Below, in pieces: positions 1 through 9,311 of a stretch of 43,498 nucleotides of DNA. Origin of the DNA: an uncultured bacterium (GTDB lineage Bacteria > JAGOEH01); NCBI GenBank assembly GCA_964632485.1, contig CAZWDO010000026.1, positions 1 through 43,498 of the forward strand. The letters are read 5' to 3'. Numbering within the stretch: the first letter of the stretch is position 1; each line of letters opens with the position of its first letter. The position numbers and the translations under genes were made by a program. Below the pieces are notes generated by a model, which saw nothing but the letters and a program-made list of their open reading frames with translations, was not told the DNA's origin and made no database searches.

Positions 1-200
1 CTTAGTACTTTGCAATAAACCAAGTTTACTCCATTTCGAGCTTGGAAGATCCGTTAAAAATTTCTGGTAACAGAGTATGCAACCCGTCGCTGTTTGGGTA
101 TGGTTCTGTGAAGCCCTTATTATAGAGATGTGGTGATTGAGCAGGACAACGGCTGGATATTGAACAGAGAGGGTGGAGAATCGGTCAGGCTTTAGCAATT

Positions 201-239
201 CAGGGGCAGACTATAAATAGAAGCAGATTTCTGCCCCTG
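201..239. terminator. GC-rich hairpin just downstream of the ABC operon (probable terminator or REP-like stem)
   Basis: CAGGGGCAGA (201-210) / TCTGCCCCTG (230-239) is a perfect 10-bp stem with a 19-nt loop, about 10 nt past the stop at 250. No strong U-tract. Confidence 0.45.
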
Positions 240-249
240 GCTATAACCA

Positions 250-1476
250 TTACTCGTAGCGGAGCGCGTCGATAGGATTGAAGCGGCTGGCTTTCCAGGC
301 AGGGTAGGTGCCGAAAACAACCCCCACGATAATGCATAAGGATACGCCGATCACGATCCAATCCATGGGCAGGCTGGGTTGGGCGTTTAAAAATGATCCG
401 GCCATATTGCCCACGCCTACGCCCAGCACAATACCGATGATCCCGCCTACCTGGCAGAGGATGATCGCTTCAATGACAAATTGCATCAGTATCTGGTAGC
501 TTTTAGCGCCGATGGCTTTGCGGATACCGATCTCGCGTGTCCGTTCTGTGACGGTAACCAGCATAATGTTCATAATGCCGACTCCCGCTGCCAGCAATGC
601 GATAAAAGCCACGACAAATGCGCCCAGTTCGGCGTATTTCGTTATCCCCATCACCTGGTTGATCATTGATTCATTGGAAAAAATATCGAAATTATTGTCT
701 TCTCCGGGTTTGACCTTGCGGATGATCCGCATGTAGCCGATGGCTGACTCGATGGTTAAATTGTAGGTTTCTGCATTATGGGACATGACGGTGATATTGA
801 CGCTTTTATCATATTTTCCATATTTAGCCTGATATGTTGAAATCGGAATAGTCATAAAACCGTCCTGGCTTTCGCCGAACATGCTTCCCTGGCGTTCATA
901 AACTCCAATGACGGTATATTTGGCGCCATCCACCGTGACTTCCTGCCCGATCGGATAAATGTGTTTGAAGAGATAATCCGCCACATCGGCGCCCAGAATG
1001 CAGACTCTCATATTGTGCTGGATATCGTTTTCATTGATGGGGCGGCCTTCCTTCACGTCCCATTTGTTGTTGGGCTGAGCTTCGGGACTTAGCCCGCACA
1101 ATTGGATGTTCGGATTGGTCTGGGCTTTGCCGTACTTGACTAAACGGGCAAATTCCCATTGCTCGGCCCCGACGGATTTCGCCTCAATCAGCCGATCTTT
1201 AAGCAGATAGTACTCTTCGATTGTCAGATTTTTCCGGTTGCGAATCCGTTCATCCATCCGGCCGAAATTCATTGCCGGATATTTTTGTATTTGGAAGGTA
1301 TTTTTACCCAGCATGGAAAAACCTGACTCGATCGAATTTTTCAGCATAGTAATGATGGTGCTGATCGAGATAATCGAAAAAATACCGACAATGATGCCCA
1401 GAATCGTCAGGCTTGAGCGCAGTTTGTTGCCGCGCAACGAATGAAAAGCGATAGCCAGATTTTCTAACCAGTTCAT
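250..1476 (-). CDS. MacB/FtsX-family ABC transporter permease
   Basis: N-terminal 'NKLRSSLTILGIIVGI', large periplasmic domain, 'GIMNIMLVTVTERTREIGIRKAIGA', C-terminal 'PIDALRYE'. Confidence 0.95.
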   Translation of the reverse strand: MNWLENLAIAFHSLRGNKLRSSLTILGIIVGIFSIISISTIITMLKNSIESGFSMLGKNTFQIQKYPAMNFGRMDERIRNRKNLTIEEYYLLKDRLIEAKSVGAEQWEFARLVKYGKAQTNPNIQLCGLSPEAQPNNKWDVKEGRPINENDIQHNMRVCILGADVADYLFKHIYPIGQEVTVDGAKYTVIGVYERQGSMFGESQDGFMTIPISTYQAKYGKYDKSVNITVMSHNAETYNLTIESAIGYMRIIRKVKPGEDNNFDIFSNESMINQVMGITKYAELGAFVVAFIALLAAGVGIMNIMLVTVTERTREIGIRKAIGAKSYQILMQFVIEAIILCQVGGIIGIVLGVGVGNMAGSFLNAQPSLPMDWIVIGVSLCIIVGVVFGTYPAWKASRFNPIDALRYE

Positions 1477-2711
1477 TATTCGTACCTCAAAGATTCAACG
1501 GGGTCGAGTTTGGCCGCTGTCCATGCGGGCGCGAAGCCGGAAACCACCCCGGTTAAAAGGGAAATAACAATAGCCAGAATCAATGTTTCAAATTGAAACG
1601 AAGTGGGTAGAACCTGATTGACCAACTGGCTGAGCGCCAGGGCCAAAATCAGGCCAATCGTACCGCCGATGAGGCAAATTGTGGCGGCTTCGGTAATAAA
1701 CTGGCCCAGAATCGCGCGATTCTTGGCGCCGATAGCCTTTCGTACTCCGATTTCCCGTGTCCGTTCTTTGACCGAAACAAACATAATATTCATGATCCCA
1801 ATCGCTCCAACCAATAGCGAAAGGCCGGTAATAAAGAGTCCGGCGATCTGAATAACGCCGACTGTGCGGTTATAATCTTCCACCAGGGCTTCCTGCTGAT
1901 TGATGGTAAAATCGTTCTCTTCCTGCCAGCTCAGGCCTCTCACTTTGCGCATGACGCCTTCGGCCTCATTTTTGGTTTCCATCAGCATCGCCGTTGATTG
2001 CGCCTTGACGACAATTGTGACGCTGCGGAATGAAGGTGGTTGAAAATATTTGTATATGGTTTGCAGGGGAACATAGACCGAGCGGTCGGGATTCGCGTTA
2101 CCCATTAAATTGTTGCCTTGCTGGGTTAAAACTCCTAATACCCGGTATGGGCGATTGCCGATTTTAATGGTTTGGTTTATTGCCGGTGTATCTTCGAAGA
2201 GGTTTTTCGCAATTTCTGAGCCGATAATGACCACCGGGCGCGCTCCGCGGCTTTCCATTTCTGTAAAAAACCGACCTTGTTCAAATTCAAAATTAGTGGT
2301 TTTCACATAATCCTGGTTGGTGCCGTTAATTGTTACTCCTTCGATATTGTGGTCTTTGCGTTGCACTGTCTGGATGCTCCATAAAGAAGGAGCCACGGCA
2401 GAAGGAAGTTTCGCCAACTCTTTAAAACGTTCAAAATCGTCCAGTTGAAGATTCTTGCGGTTCCTGATTTTCCACCATTCGTCATTACTGAACCAGGCCC
2501 ATTTATCAATATAGAGATTATCCGAGCCCATGGCGCTGATCCCCTTTTCAAAGGCCTGGTTGATGCCTTGTATCGCGGTGGACATCAACACGACCGAGCA
2601 AATACCAATGACAATCCCCAGCGTCGTGAGCGCGGAACGCGATTTGTTGGCCCAGATGATGTTCAGCGCGATCAACAGACCTTCTTTCAGCTCTATTAGA
2701 AATGACCACAT
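1476..2711 (-). CDS. MacB/FtsX-family ABC transporter permease (second paralogue)
   Basis: 'NKSRSALTTLGIVIGI', 'GIMNIMFVSVKERTREIGVRKAIGA', 'LDPVESLRYE'. Stop overlaps the next start. Confidence 0.95.
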   Translation of the reverse strand: MWSFLIELKEGLLIALNIIWANKSRSALTTLGIVIGICSVVLMSTAIQGINQAFEKGISAMGSDNLYIDKWAWFSNDEWWKIRNRKNLQLDDFERFKELAKLPSAVAPSLWSIQTVQRKDHNIEGVTINGTNQDYVKTTNFEFEQGRFFTEMESRGARPVVIIGSEIAKNLFEDTPAINQTIKIGNRPYRVLGVLTQQGNNLMGNANPDRSVYVPLQTIYKYFQPPSFRSVTIVVKAQSTAMLMETKNEAEGVMRKVRGLSWQEENDFTINQQEALVEDYNRTVGVIQIAGLFITGLSLLVGAIGIMNIMFVSVKERTREIGVRKAIGAKNRAILGQFITEAATICLIGGTIGLILALALSQLVNQVLPTSFQFETLILAIVISLLTGVVSGFAPAWTAAKLDPVESLRYE

Positions 2712-2721
2712 ATCTGTCTCC

Positions 2722-3447
2722 TTAATCCAGGCTGGAGCCGTTGGTTTGCGGAATGATCCGATCGGCTATTTTTTCGTCGCTTTCGATCATTCCATCGCGA
2801 ATACGGACGACTCGTTCGGCATGCCGGGCGATATATTCTTCATGAGTTACCAGGATAATGGTATTCCCTTGACGGTAGATCTGATCGAATAAAGCCATAA
2901 TGTCTTCACCGGTTTTTGAGTCCAAATTTCCGGTCGGTTCATCGGCCAGAATGATGGCAGGACGGGTAACCAGCGCGCGGGCAATGGCCACGCGTTGGCG
3001 TTGTCCGCCGGACAGCTCCTGGGGCTTATGATGGACACGGTTGCCCAAACCTACTTGTTCCAGGGTTTCCCGGGCCCGGTCTTTACGATCCGTAGAGGGA
3101 ACACCGGCATAGATCAGGGGTAGCTCCACATTGTGCAGTGCGTTGGAACGCGCCAACAAATTAAAGGTCTGAAATACAAACCCGATCTCTTTGTTGCGGA
3201 TTTCAGCCAGTTGATTTCCGCTCATTTCATTCACCATTTCACTGCGAAAGCGATAGCTCCCTTCATCCGGAGTATCCAGGCAGCCTAAAATGTTCATCAA
3301 AGTTGATTTGCCGGATCCTGAAGGGCCCATAATCGCCAGGTACTCATTGGGCTGGATAGTGAGCGAAACTTTATTGAGCGCCAGTACTTCTTCTGTACCC
3401 AGTACATAGCGTTTACTAATGCTTTGAATATCAATCAAGTCGTTCAT
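2722..3447 (-). CDS. ABC transporter ATP-binding protein (LolD/MacB-like)
   Basis: Walker [10 protein letters not shown], signature LSGGQRQR, Walker [13 protein letters not shown]-loop VTHE. Confidence 0.97.
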   Translation of the reverse strand: MNDLIDIQSISKRYVLGTEEVLALNKVSLTIQPNEYLAIMGPSGSGKSTLMNILGCLDTPDEGSYRFRSEMVNEMSGNQLAEIRNKEIGFVFQTFNLLARSNALHNVELPLIYAGVPSTDRKDRARETLEQVGLGNRVHHKPQELSGGQRQRVAIARALVTRPAIILADEPTGNLDSKTGEDIMALFDQIYRQGNTIILVTHEEYIARHAERVVRIRDGMIESDEKIADRIIPQTNGSSLD

Positions 3448-3465
3448 ATTGATTCTCCCGTTAGT

Positions 3466-4740
3466 TTAGGGATGAGCAAGCGGGGGATTGGTTTTATCCT
3501 GAGGAGCGACCATCGAGCTTTCCTCGAGTTGTTTGGCAATCGCCTGATAGGAGCCGCTGACGATCATTTCGCCTTCATTCAGTCCCTCGATAATTTCCAG
3601 AAAATTGTCGTCACTAATTCCGCTTTTCACCGGTTTAATATGAGCCAGTCCATTTTCGACTACAAAAACGATTTCGCGCGGCTGCAATTGCTTGCCATTT
3701 CCGTTTTTTAAATTTTCCGGCGTCAGTGTGTCGCTATTACCCTTAGGGGGGACAGTACGCGTGGTAACTGATTGGATTGGAGCGGCTAAAACATGGATTT
3801 TCGTCTCGGTCTCTATATCGGCATTGCATGACATGCCGGGACGGATGCGTGGATCCAGGTCAAGAATGCGGATTTTAACTTCAAAATTGACAACTTCGTT
3901 TTGCGTGCCTTCTCCCAGTCGTCGGGCGCTATTCCCAATTTGCGTGACAACTCCTTTGAATGTTTGATTTGCGATGGCGTCGATTTCGATGACGGCTGTA
4001 TCGGTTATCGAGACCAGGATTACATCGTTTTCATCAATATCGACATTGGCTTCCATCAGCGATAAATCTGCGACGGTCATGATATGGGTTCCCTGGCTAT
4101 AGCCGCTTCCCAACACTTTTTCGCCCAGTTCCACGTTCATTTGGCTGATCGTTCCGCTCATGGGCGCATATATCGCTGTTTTAGCCAAACTTTCTTCCGC
4201 TTCCTTCAATGCGGCTTCCGCCTGCAACACCTGGGCTTGTTGCGCTTCGTACCGCGCCTGTTCGCTGGTGAGTTCCGTATTGATTTGTTCTAACGACTGA
4301 TTACTCGATAGTCCTTTGTCAAAAAGTTCCTTCTCCCGGTTATAATCTAACCTGGCCATTTCCAACTGCGCCTTTTGCATTCTTAAATTTGCCTTGGTTC
4401 CGGTCAAGGTGGCAACGGCTCGTTCTTTCTGAGCCAGATACATGTCCGGTTTGATCTTGATCAATAAATCTCCTTTTTTTACCTGGTCTCCCTCTTTGAC
4501 CGGTAAAACCACGATTTCTCCGGTTACTTCGGACGTGATCACGACCTGTTCTTCCGGCATAATCTGTCCGGTTACCGCCACTGTTTGCGTAATGTCTCGA
4601 TATTCCACACTTTCTGTTTGAACTTGTATCTTTTTTTCTTTTTTACCACTGAAAAAAAAGATGAAAATTAACACCGGTATTAAAGCGGAACCGGAAATAT
4701 AGTACCATTTGCGACGTTTGATACTTTTGGGGGTTTTCAT
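3466..4740 (-). CDS. Efflux periplasmic adaptor / membrane fusion protein (MacA/YknX-like)
   Basis: N-terminal TM anchor, lipoyl half-motifs 'VKEGDQVKKGDLL' and 'IYAPMSGTI', coiled-coil hairpin, 'IRPGMSC'. Confidence 0.93.
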   Translation of the reverse strand: MKTPKSIKRRKWYYISGSALIPVLIFIFFFSGKKEKKIQVQTESVEYRDITQTVAVTGQIMPEEQVVITSEVTGEIVVLPVKEGDQVKKGDLLIKIKPDMYLAQKERAVATLTGTKANLRMQKAQLEMARLDYNREKELFDKGLSSNQSLEQINTELTSEQARYEAQQAQVLQAEAALKEAEESLAKTAIYAPMSGTISQMNVELGEKVLGSGYSQGTHIMTVADLSLMEANVDIDENDVILVSITDTAVIEIDAIANQTFKGVVTQIGNSARRLGEGTQNEVVNFEVKIRILDLDPRIRPGMSCNADIETETKIHVLAAPIQSVTTRTVPPKGNSDTLTPENLKNGNGKQLQPREIVFVVENGLAHIKPVKSGISDDNFLEIIEGLNEGEMIVSGSYQAIAKQLEESSMVAPQDKTNPPLAHP

Positions 4741-4782
4741 AGTTAAATCCTTGGATTAAGGTTATGGGTTGCTGTTTCAACA

Positions 4783-4808
4783 TACGGAGACGAAGTCTAA
4801 AAGTTTCA
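4783..4808 (-). promoter_or_regulatory. ECF sigma (sigmaW-type) promoter for the MFP-ABC operon
   Basis: Minus strand reads TGAAAC-ttttagacttcgtctc-CGTA, i.e. TGAAAC-N16-CGTA, 42 nt upstream of the ATG at 4740. Confidence 0.7.
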
Positions 4809-4870
4809 TAGCGAAATGCGGCGCGGGCGTAAAAAAATTGGTGTTATAAAAATTTGAAGGATAAAAAAAC

Positions 4871-4899
4871 TTGACAAAAAAATAATTGTTGATTATTAT
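4871..4899 (+). promoter_or_regulatory. sigma70-type promoter
   Basis: TTGACA (4871-4876), 17 nt, TATTAT (4894-4899), with an A-rich upstream tract. Confidence 0.7.
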
Positions 4900-5162
4900 T
4901 AGGGTAGTTCATCCTTCAAACAGATAATATGCGTGAATGCCACGCATACCATGACTGGGCGGATTCTGGCTGAGTAGCGATAATCCATTGGCGGGGAAAA
5001 GTTTCTGCGATGGATTTATGAAATTCATTTTTGTATCGCTATGAGATGGAAGTGGATACAGGAGCGGTTTTTAATGGAACGTGAATGGCTCTAATTGAAT
5101 GAAGACGTGAGAAAATGTTTGAGATAGTTATGTTCACGGATTAATAAGAAAGGTGAAAATGT

Positions 5163-6194
5163 ATGAAAAAAATATGGTTTTGGTTTATATCATTAATATT
5201 GATTCAGAGTGTTGCCAGAGGAGATTATTGGACGATTACACTCTATATCCGCGATCAGTGTCCGGCTTGTGAAGAAGCGGCTGGGAAACTGGTTGCTGCA
5301 GGTATCGAATATTCTGCGAAAAATATTCGTGAACCCTATAACATGCAGGAATTAAGCGAAAAAATGGAGGGGGAGACCTATGTGCCGGCTTTGGTGTTTA
5401 AAATGGAACTGGGGGGGATGAAGTATTATAACTGGTTTATGGGAGATGAATGCGCGGATAAATTTTTGAATTCCGAAGCGGTCGGTTTGATCCAGCAATA
5501 TAATTCCACCGAACAGAAGGAACCTGCAATTCCTTCGCAACCCGTAGTGGAGGATACTCTACAGGCTCAGGACACCAGCTCAAAAAACTATGATTCTTTC
5601 CCGGCTGATTCACTACCCGGTTTTTCTCTCGAGGAGATTAAACTCGCTAACACGGGAATTTCCGCCGATTATATGAACCCGGCTGAAAAAAATGTTTTGT
5701 TATTACTTAATTTGGCGCGAATGGATGGCCTTCGCTTTTTCCAGTACATTATGCCCTTGTATATCGAGATGAACAATAAATCCTATAAACCCATCCAACC
5801 CGCAAGCAATTTGTTTTATCTTTCGCTCAGACATGATATGGAATCAGTGAAAAACCTTCCATTGCTTTATCCGGAAAAGGAGTTTTATCTGGCTGCTGAA
5901 TTCCATGCCTTAGATATGGGAAAAACCGGTAATATCGGACATCTCTCATCGGATGGGAAAAAACCGATGGAACGGATTGAAAGGTTTACTCAAAAAAAGA
6001 GCAATATCGCTGAAAATTGCTATTATGGTAGCGACCAGCCAATACTGATTGTCGGTAGCATGCTTCATGACGACGGCCAGGTTGGTGTGGCGCATCGTCG
6101 GAATATCCTCAATTCCCGTTATACTAAAGCCGGAATCGCAATCCGGGAGCATAAAGTCTTTAAATTTAACTGCGTCCAGGATTTTTCCGACTAA
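5163..6194 (+). CDS. Exported glutaredoxin-like (CxxC) plus CAP/SCP domain protein
   Basis: Signal peptide; 'ITLYIRDQCPACEEA...GIEY' Grx/NrdH-like start; C-terminal CAP motifs 'AAEFHALDM...GH', 'AENC', 'HRRNILN'. Confidence 0.8.
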   Translation: MKKIWFWFISLILIQSVARGDYWTITLYIRDQCPACEEAAGKLVAAGIEYSAKNIREPYNMQELSEKMEGETYVPALVFKMELGGMKYYNWFMGDECADKFLNSEAVGLIQQYNSTEQKEPAIPSQPVVEDTLQAQDTSSKNYDSFPADSLPGFSLEEIKLANTGISADYMNPAEKNVLLLLNLARMDGLRFFQYIMPLYIEMNNKSYKPIQPASNLFYLSLRHDMESVKNLPLLYPEKEFYLAAEFHALDMGKTGNIGHLSSDGKKPMERIERFTQKKSNIAENCYYGSDQPILIVGSMLHDDGQVGVAHRRNILNSRYTKAGIAIREHKVFKFNCVQDFSD

Positions 6195-6315
6195 CCGGTT
6201 CGAGCTGTTTTTGATGGCGCTTAATTAAAGTGTACGATATTGCTGTCAGATAAATCATTTATTGATTTGACGGAACAGATTCAACTAAGCGAACCATTTT
6301 AAAAGGAGACATCTG

Positions 6316-7080
6316 ATGAAACGAACATTTTTCGTAATTGTATGTTGCGTGATGACAATTTATTTCCTGCCTGTCAGCTCTCTAAAAGCCAGTTACGGTG
6401 GCTCTATCTCCTCGTTTAACGAAGCGTTTCTGACCGACCAGTTCGTACCGAAATTCATCCAACTGGGGGGCTACTTTTATTATAGTAGTTTTGACGGGTA
6501 TTCCGCTAAAAATTACGGCATCCTGGGTGTCTTGCCCTATGGCAATAAATGGAATTTTGGCGCCAGCCTGGGCCTGGCCAGTTGGTCGCCGGATGAAGGG
6601 GACAGCGAATCCGGGTTAGCCAACCCTCATCTTTTTGCTGGCTATAAACTTTTTGGAGAGAACTCTTTTCATTTGCTGGGACATATTTCTGTTCCCATTG
6701 GTAAAGAAGAAGCCGGAGATGGAAATTTCTCGATGGGCGCGGGCGGGCGCTATCATCTTGCCATCGGCGCGGCACATGATATTACCGCCGTCGCCAAGTT
6801 CAATGTTTATGAAACTAAGGAGTTCGATTCTTGGGGAAAAACCGATACGAAATACAAAACCGGCGTTTATCTGCATGGGCTTTATGAGTACGGGGTCAAC
6901 GATAATCTTGAGGTGTACGGGCGTTTCATACACGATGACCAGCGTGAATACACACTACTGGCCGCCGGCGGATTTTTCCATTTTCTGGCTCTGCATAATC
7001 TTAAAGCCGAATTGGGTTTCGGCTTGAGCGACGGAGCCCCCGACTTCCAGGTGTTTTTTGTTTACTTGCCCCGTTTATAA
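6316..7080 (+). CDS. Exported protein, probable outer-membrane beta-barrel
   Basis: AAGGAG RBS, signal peptide, Gly/aromatic-rich alternating beta-strand pattern through to the C-terminus. Confidence 0.6.
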   Translation: MKRTFFVIVCCVMTIYFLPVSSLKASYGGSISSFNEAFLTDQFVPKFIQLGGYFYYSSFDGYSAKNYGILGVLPYGNKWNFGASLGLASWSPDEGDSESGLANPHLFAGYKLFGENSFHLLGHISVPIGKEEAGDGNFSMGAGGRYHLAIGAAHDITAVAKFNVYETKEFDSWGKTDTKYKTGVYLHGLYEYGVNDNLEVYGRFIHDDQREYTLLAAGGFFHFLALHNLKAELGFGLSDGAPDFQVFFVYLPRL

Positions 7081-7091
7081 CTCCGAAGGGT

Positions 7092-7121
7092 CCACTAATC
7101 GACGATTTCGTCGCGTAGTGG
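7092..7121 (+). terminator. Hairpin downstream of the 6316-7080 gene
   Basis: CCACTA..CGACG / CGTCG..TAGTGG interrupted stem 11 nt after the stop. No U-tract. Confidence 0.35.
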
Positions 7122-7269
7122 CATGAAAATTGGGGGAAGTATCGCCAGGCATTACCATGAATCTGGTATTACATTTAGCGATAGATATCAATTTTCGTAT
7201 TCCCCTTGATGAAAATCCGGCGATCGTTATAGTTCGGTTCGATAATTTTGTCAAATTAAAGATGAAGGA

Positions 7270-9033
7270 GTGATAGTTCTGTTCAGGCGATTAATCGGTT
7301 TATGGCTTTGCATTATTAATTTTCCAGGATTGACGATGGGGGATACTCAGACTGTAAAAGAAGTGGGTGACGGGTGCCGTTTGATTTCGATTAAGCAAGA
7401 GGAGGGACCGGTTAATATTCGCGTTTTAGAAATTGATATCCTGCGGGAGAATCTGGAGTTAAAAGTTGCCATCTCTTCAGATAGATTAGGGAAAAAACTT
7501 GAGCGGACTTCTTCAATGGTCAGCCGGGAGCAAGCTAATGGACACGTTGTCCTTGGGGCGATTAATGCTGATTTTTTTAATTATTCTGACAAGTTGCCGA
7601 TAAATGAAATGATCGCGCAGGGAGCCCATGTTTTCGGTTTCAACTCACAGCGAACACAATTTGGGATCGTGGATCAAAAGCGCCTGGTTATGGGTCTCCG
7701 GGATTTTTCCGCTATATTGAAAATTGAGGATACGGATATCCCTGTTTCCGGTATCAATTATCCGTATAGAGCCGACTCATTGACGATTTTTAATCATCTG
7801 GCGGGAGAAACACTCGCTGATGACAGCTCAGCCAGTTATTTGCGGTTGCATCATCTTCCCTTGTCCCAATTGCCGAGCCGCCAATTTTGGCTGGCTGGGA
7901 AAAAAACACGGGGGTGGGATGGGATTTCCCCGGATAGTTGCAGCTTACTTTTAAAGGGCGGGGTGGCGTGTCGGCAAATTATCGATTCGGCGATACAGTC
8001 CGGCGATACTCTTGCTATAATGATTAATGAGGCGATGGATGGCATGAAATGGATAGAATCGGTAGGGGGCGGGCCGCGATTAGTGGTCGATGGCAAAATT
8101 TTAGAGAATTATTGCGGGGAAGAGGGTTTTGGCAGTTCTTTCACGGATAATCGGCATCCCCGCTCGGCGATTGGTTTTAATCAGGATTCTTCCCGTTTAT
8201 ACCTGGTGGCCGTTGATGGACGGCAGGAGGGTTATAGTGTGGGTATGACGATTCGGGAACTGGCGGAGTTAATGGTTTCCTTAGGATGCTTTCAGGCTAT
8301 GAATTTTGACGGCGGGGGCTCAACCACCCTGACCGTTGGCGATAGTGTTGTGAATTCTCCTTCCGATGCGAAGGGAGAACGCGCAGTGGCTAACGCGCTG
8401 ATGGTCATCGAAACTCGTCCGGCGCGGGAATTGCTCCGGCAAATTTATATTCTGCCCGATACCCCCCTTATTATGGTCGACCAGCCATTTCAATTAAAAG
8501 TACGGGCGTATGATGTCTATCACCATTTATTGCCCTTGGAACCATGTGATTTGGACTGGCAATTCGGGGGACTGCCCGGTTTTGCCGATAGCATGGCAAT
8601 CGCCCACATCTTCGAACCCGGTCAGGGTTGGCTGACGGCAAGTTGCGACTCTATTCGGGATTCAGTGCCTTTTCTGGCTTGCCAAATGGAAGATTGGGCG
8701 GCTGAATCGGACAGCCCGGTAATGATTCCATTATTGTTTGAACGATTTGGTTTGTATATCAATCCCACAGCCAATGCCCATCTTCATGAGATTGGGTGTA
8801 CGATTCCTTTTTCCGGACGGTTGAATATTGCGGTTTACAATGTATTAGGCGAAAAAATCGAAACCCTTCTGGATCAACCGGCGATCAGCGGATTCTATAA
8901 GACTTCCTGGGATAGCGCTCGAATGCCCGTCGGCGTCTATTTTTTAGGTTTGCTCCTTTCTACCCAAAAAGCGCCAATCCCCGGATGGAAAAAAACTAAG
9001 CAGTTTTATATCTTACCTGAAAATTGCAATTAA
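7270..9033 (+). CDS. Phosphodiester glycosidase (NAGPA/DUF2233) family exported protein with a degenerate T9SS/FlgD-like C-terminal domain
   Basis: 'AINADFF', 'RHPRSAIG', 'VAVDGRQ', 'AMNFDGGGST', 'ERAVANAL'; tail 'VYNVLGEKIETL...WD...GVYF'. The GTG start is uncertain. Confidence 0.85.
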   Translation: MIVLFRRLIGLWLCIINFPGLTMGDTQTVKEVGDGCRLISIKQEEGPVNIRVLEIDILRENLELKVAISSDRLGKKLERTSSMVSREQANGHVVLGAINADFFNYSDKLPINEMIAQGAHVFGFNSQRTQFGIVDQKRLVMGLRDFSAILKIEDTDIPVSGINYPYRADSLTIFNHLAGETLADDSSASYLRLHHLPLSQLPSRQFWLAGKKTRGWDGISPDSCSLLLKGGVACRQIIDSAIQSGDTLAIMINEAMDGMKWIESVGGGPRLVVDGKILENYCGEEGFGSSFTDNRHPRSAIGFNQDSSRLYLVAVDGRQEGYSVGMTIRELAELMVSLGCFQAMNFDGGGSTTLTVGDSVVNSPSDAKGERAVANALMVIETRPARELLRQIYILPDTPLIMVDQPFQLKVRAYDVYHHLLPLEPCDLDWQFGGLPGFADSMAIAHIFEPGQGWLTASCDSIRDSVPFLACQMEDWAAESDSPVMIPLLFERFGLYINPTANAHLHEIGCTIPFSGRLNIAVYNVLGEKIETLLDQPAISGFYKTSWDSARMPVGVYFLGLLLSTQKAPIPGWKKTKQFYILPENCN

Positions 9034-9213
9034 TAGACATTATAAAAAAATTGGAACGATCTTTTCCAGAATTTTCGTATTCTGAAGGGAGGCGAAAACC
9101 CCTTTAATTAATCTGGTATCATGAATATTTAAACGGTTTTAAGCTGATGGGTTTAAAGGCTATGTTCCCGTCGCTGGACAGGAACTTTTTTCTGATGGTG
9201 ATAAATAAAATTC

Positions 9214-9241
9214 TTGACTTTTAGCGAAAAAAAACTAACTT
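9214..9241 (+). promoter_or_regulatory. Possible promoter of the agmatine deiminase operon
   Basis: TTGACT-N16-TAACTT about 70 nt upstream of the ptcA ATG, in an AT-rich context. Confidence 0.35.
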
Positions 9242-9311
9242 ATAAGAAGTATGGCGCGCAGGCTTGAACCGTTTTTTTCAATTTTTTCAAACTTTTTGCG
9301 AGGAGCAAGAC

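Noticed and set aside
7262-7273. Three-codon uORF (ATG AAG GAG TGA) overlapping the GTG start of the glycosidase
   Set aside because: Could be translational coupling or chance. Nothing in the sequence distinguishes the two.
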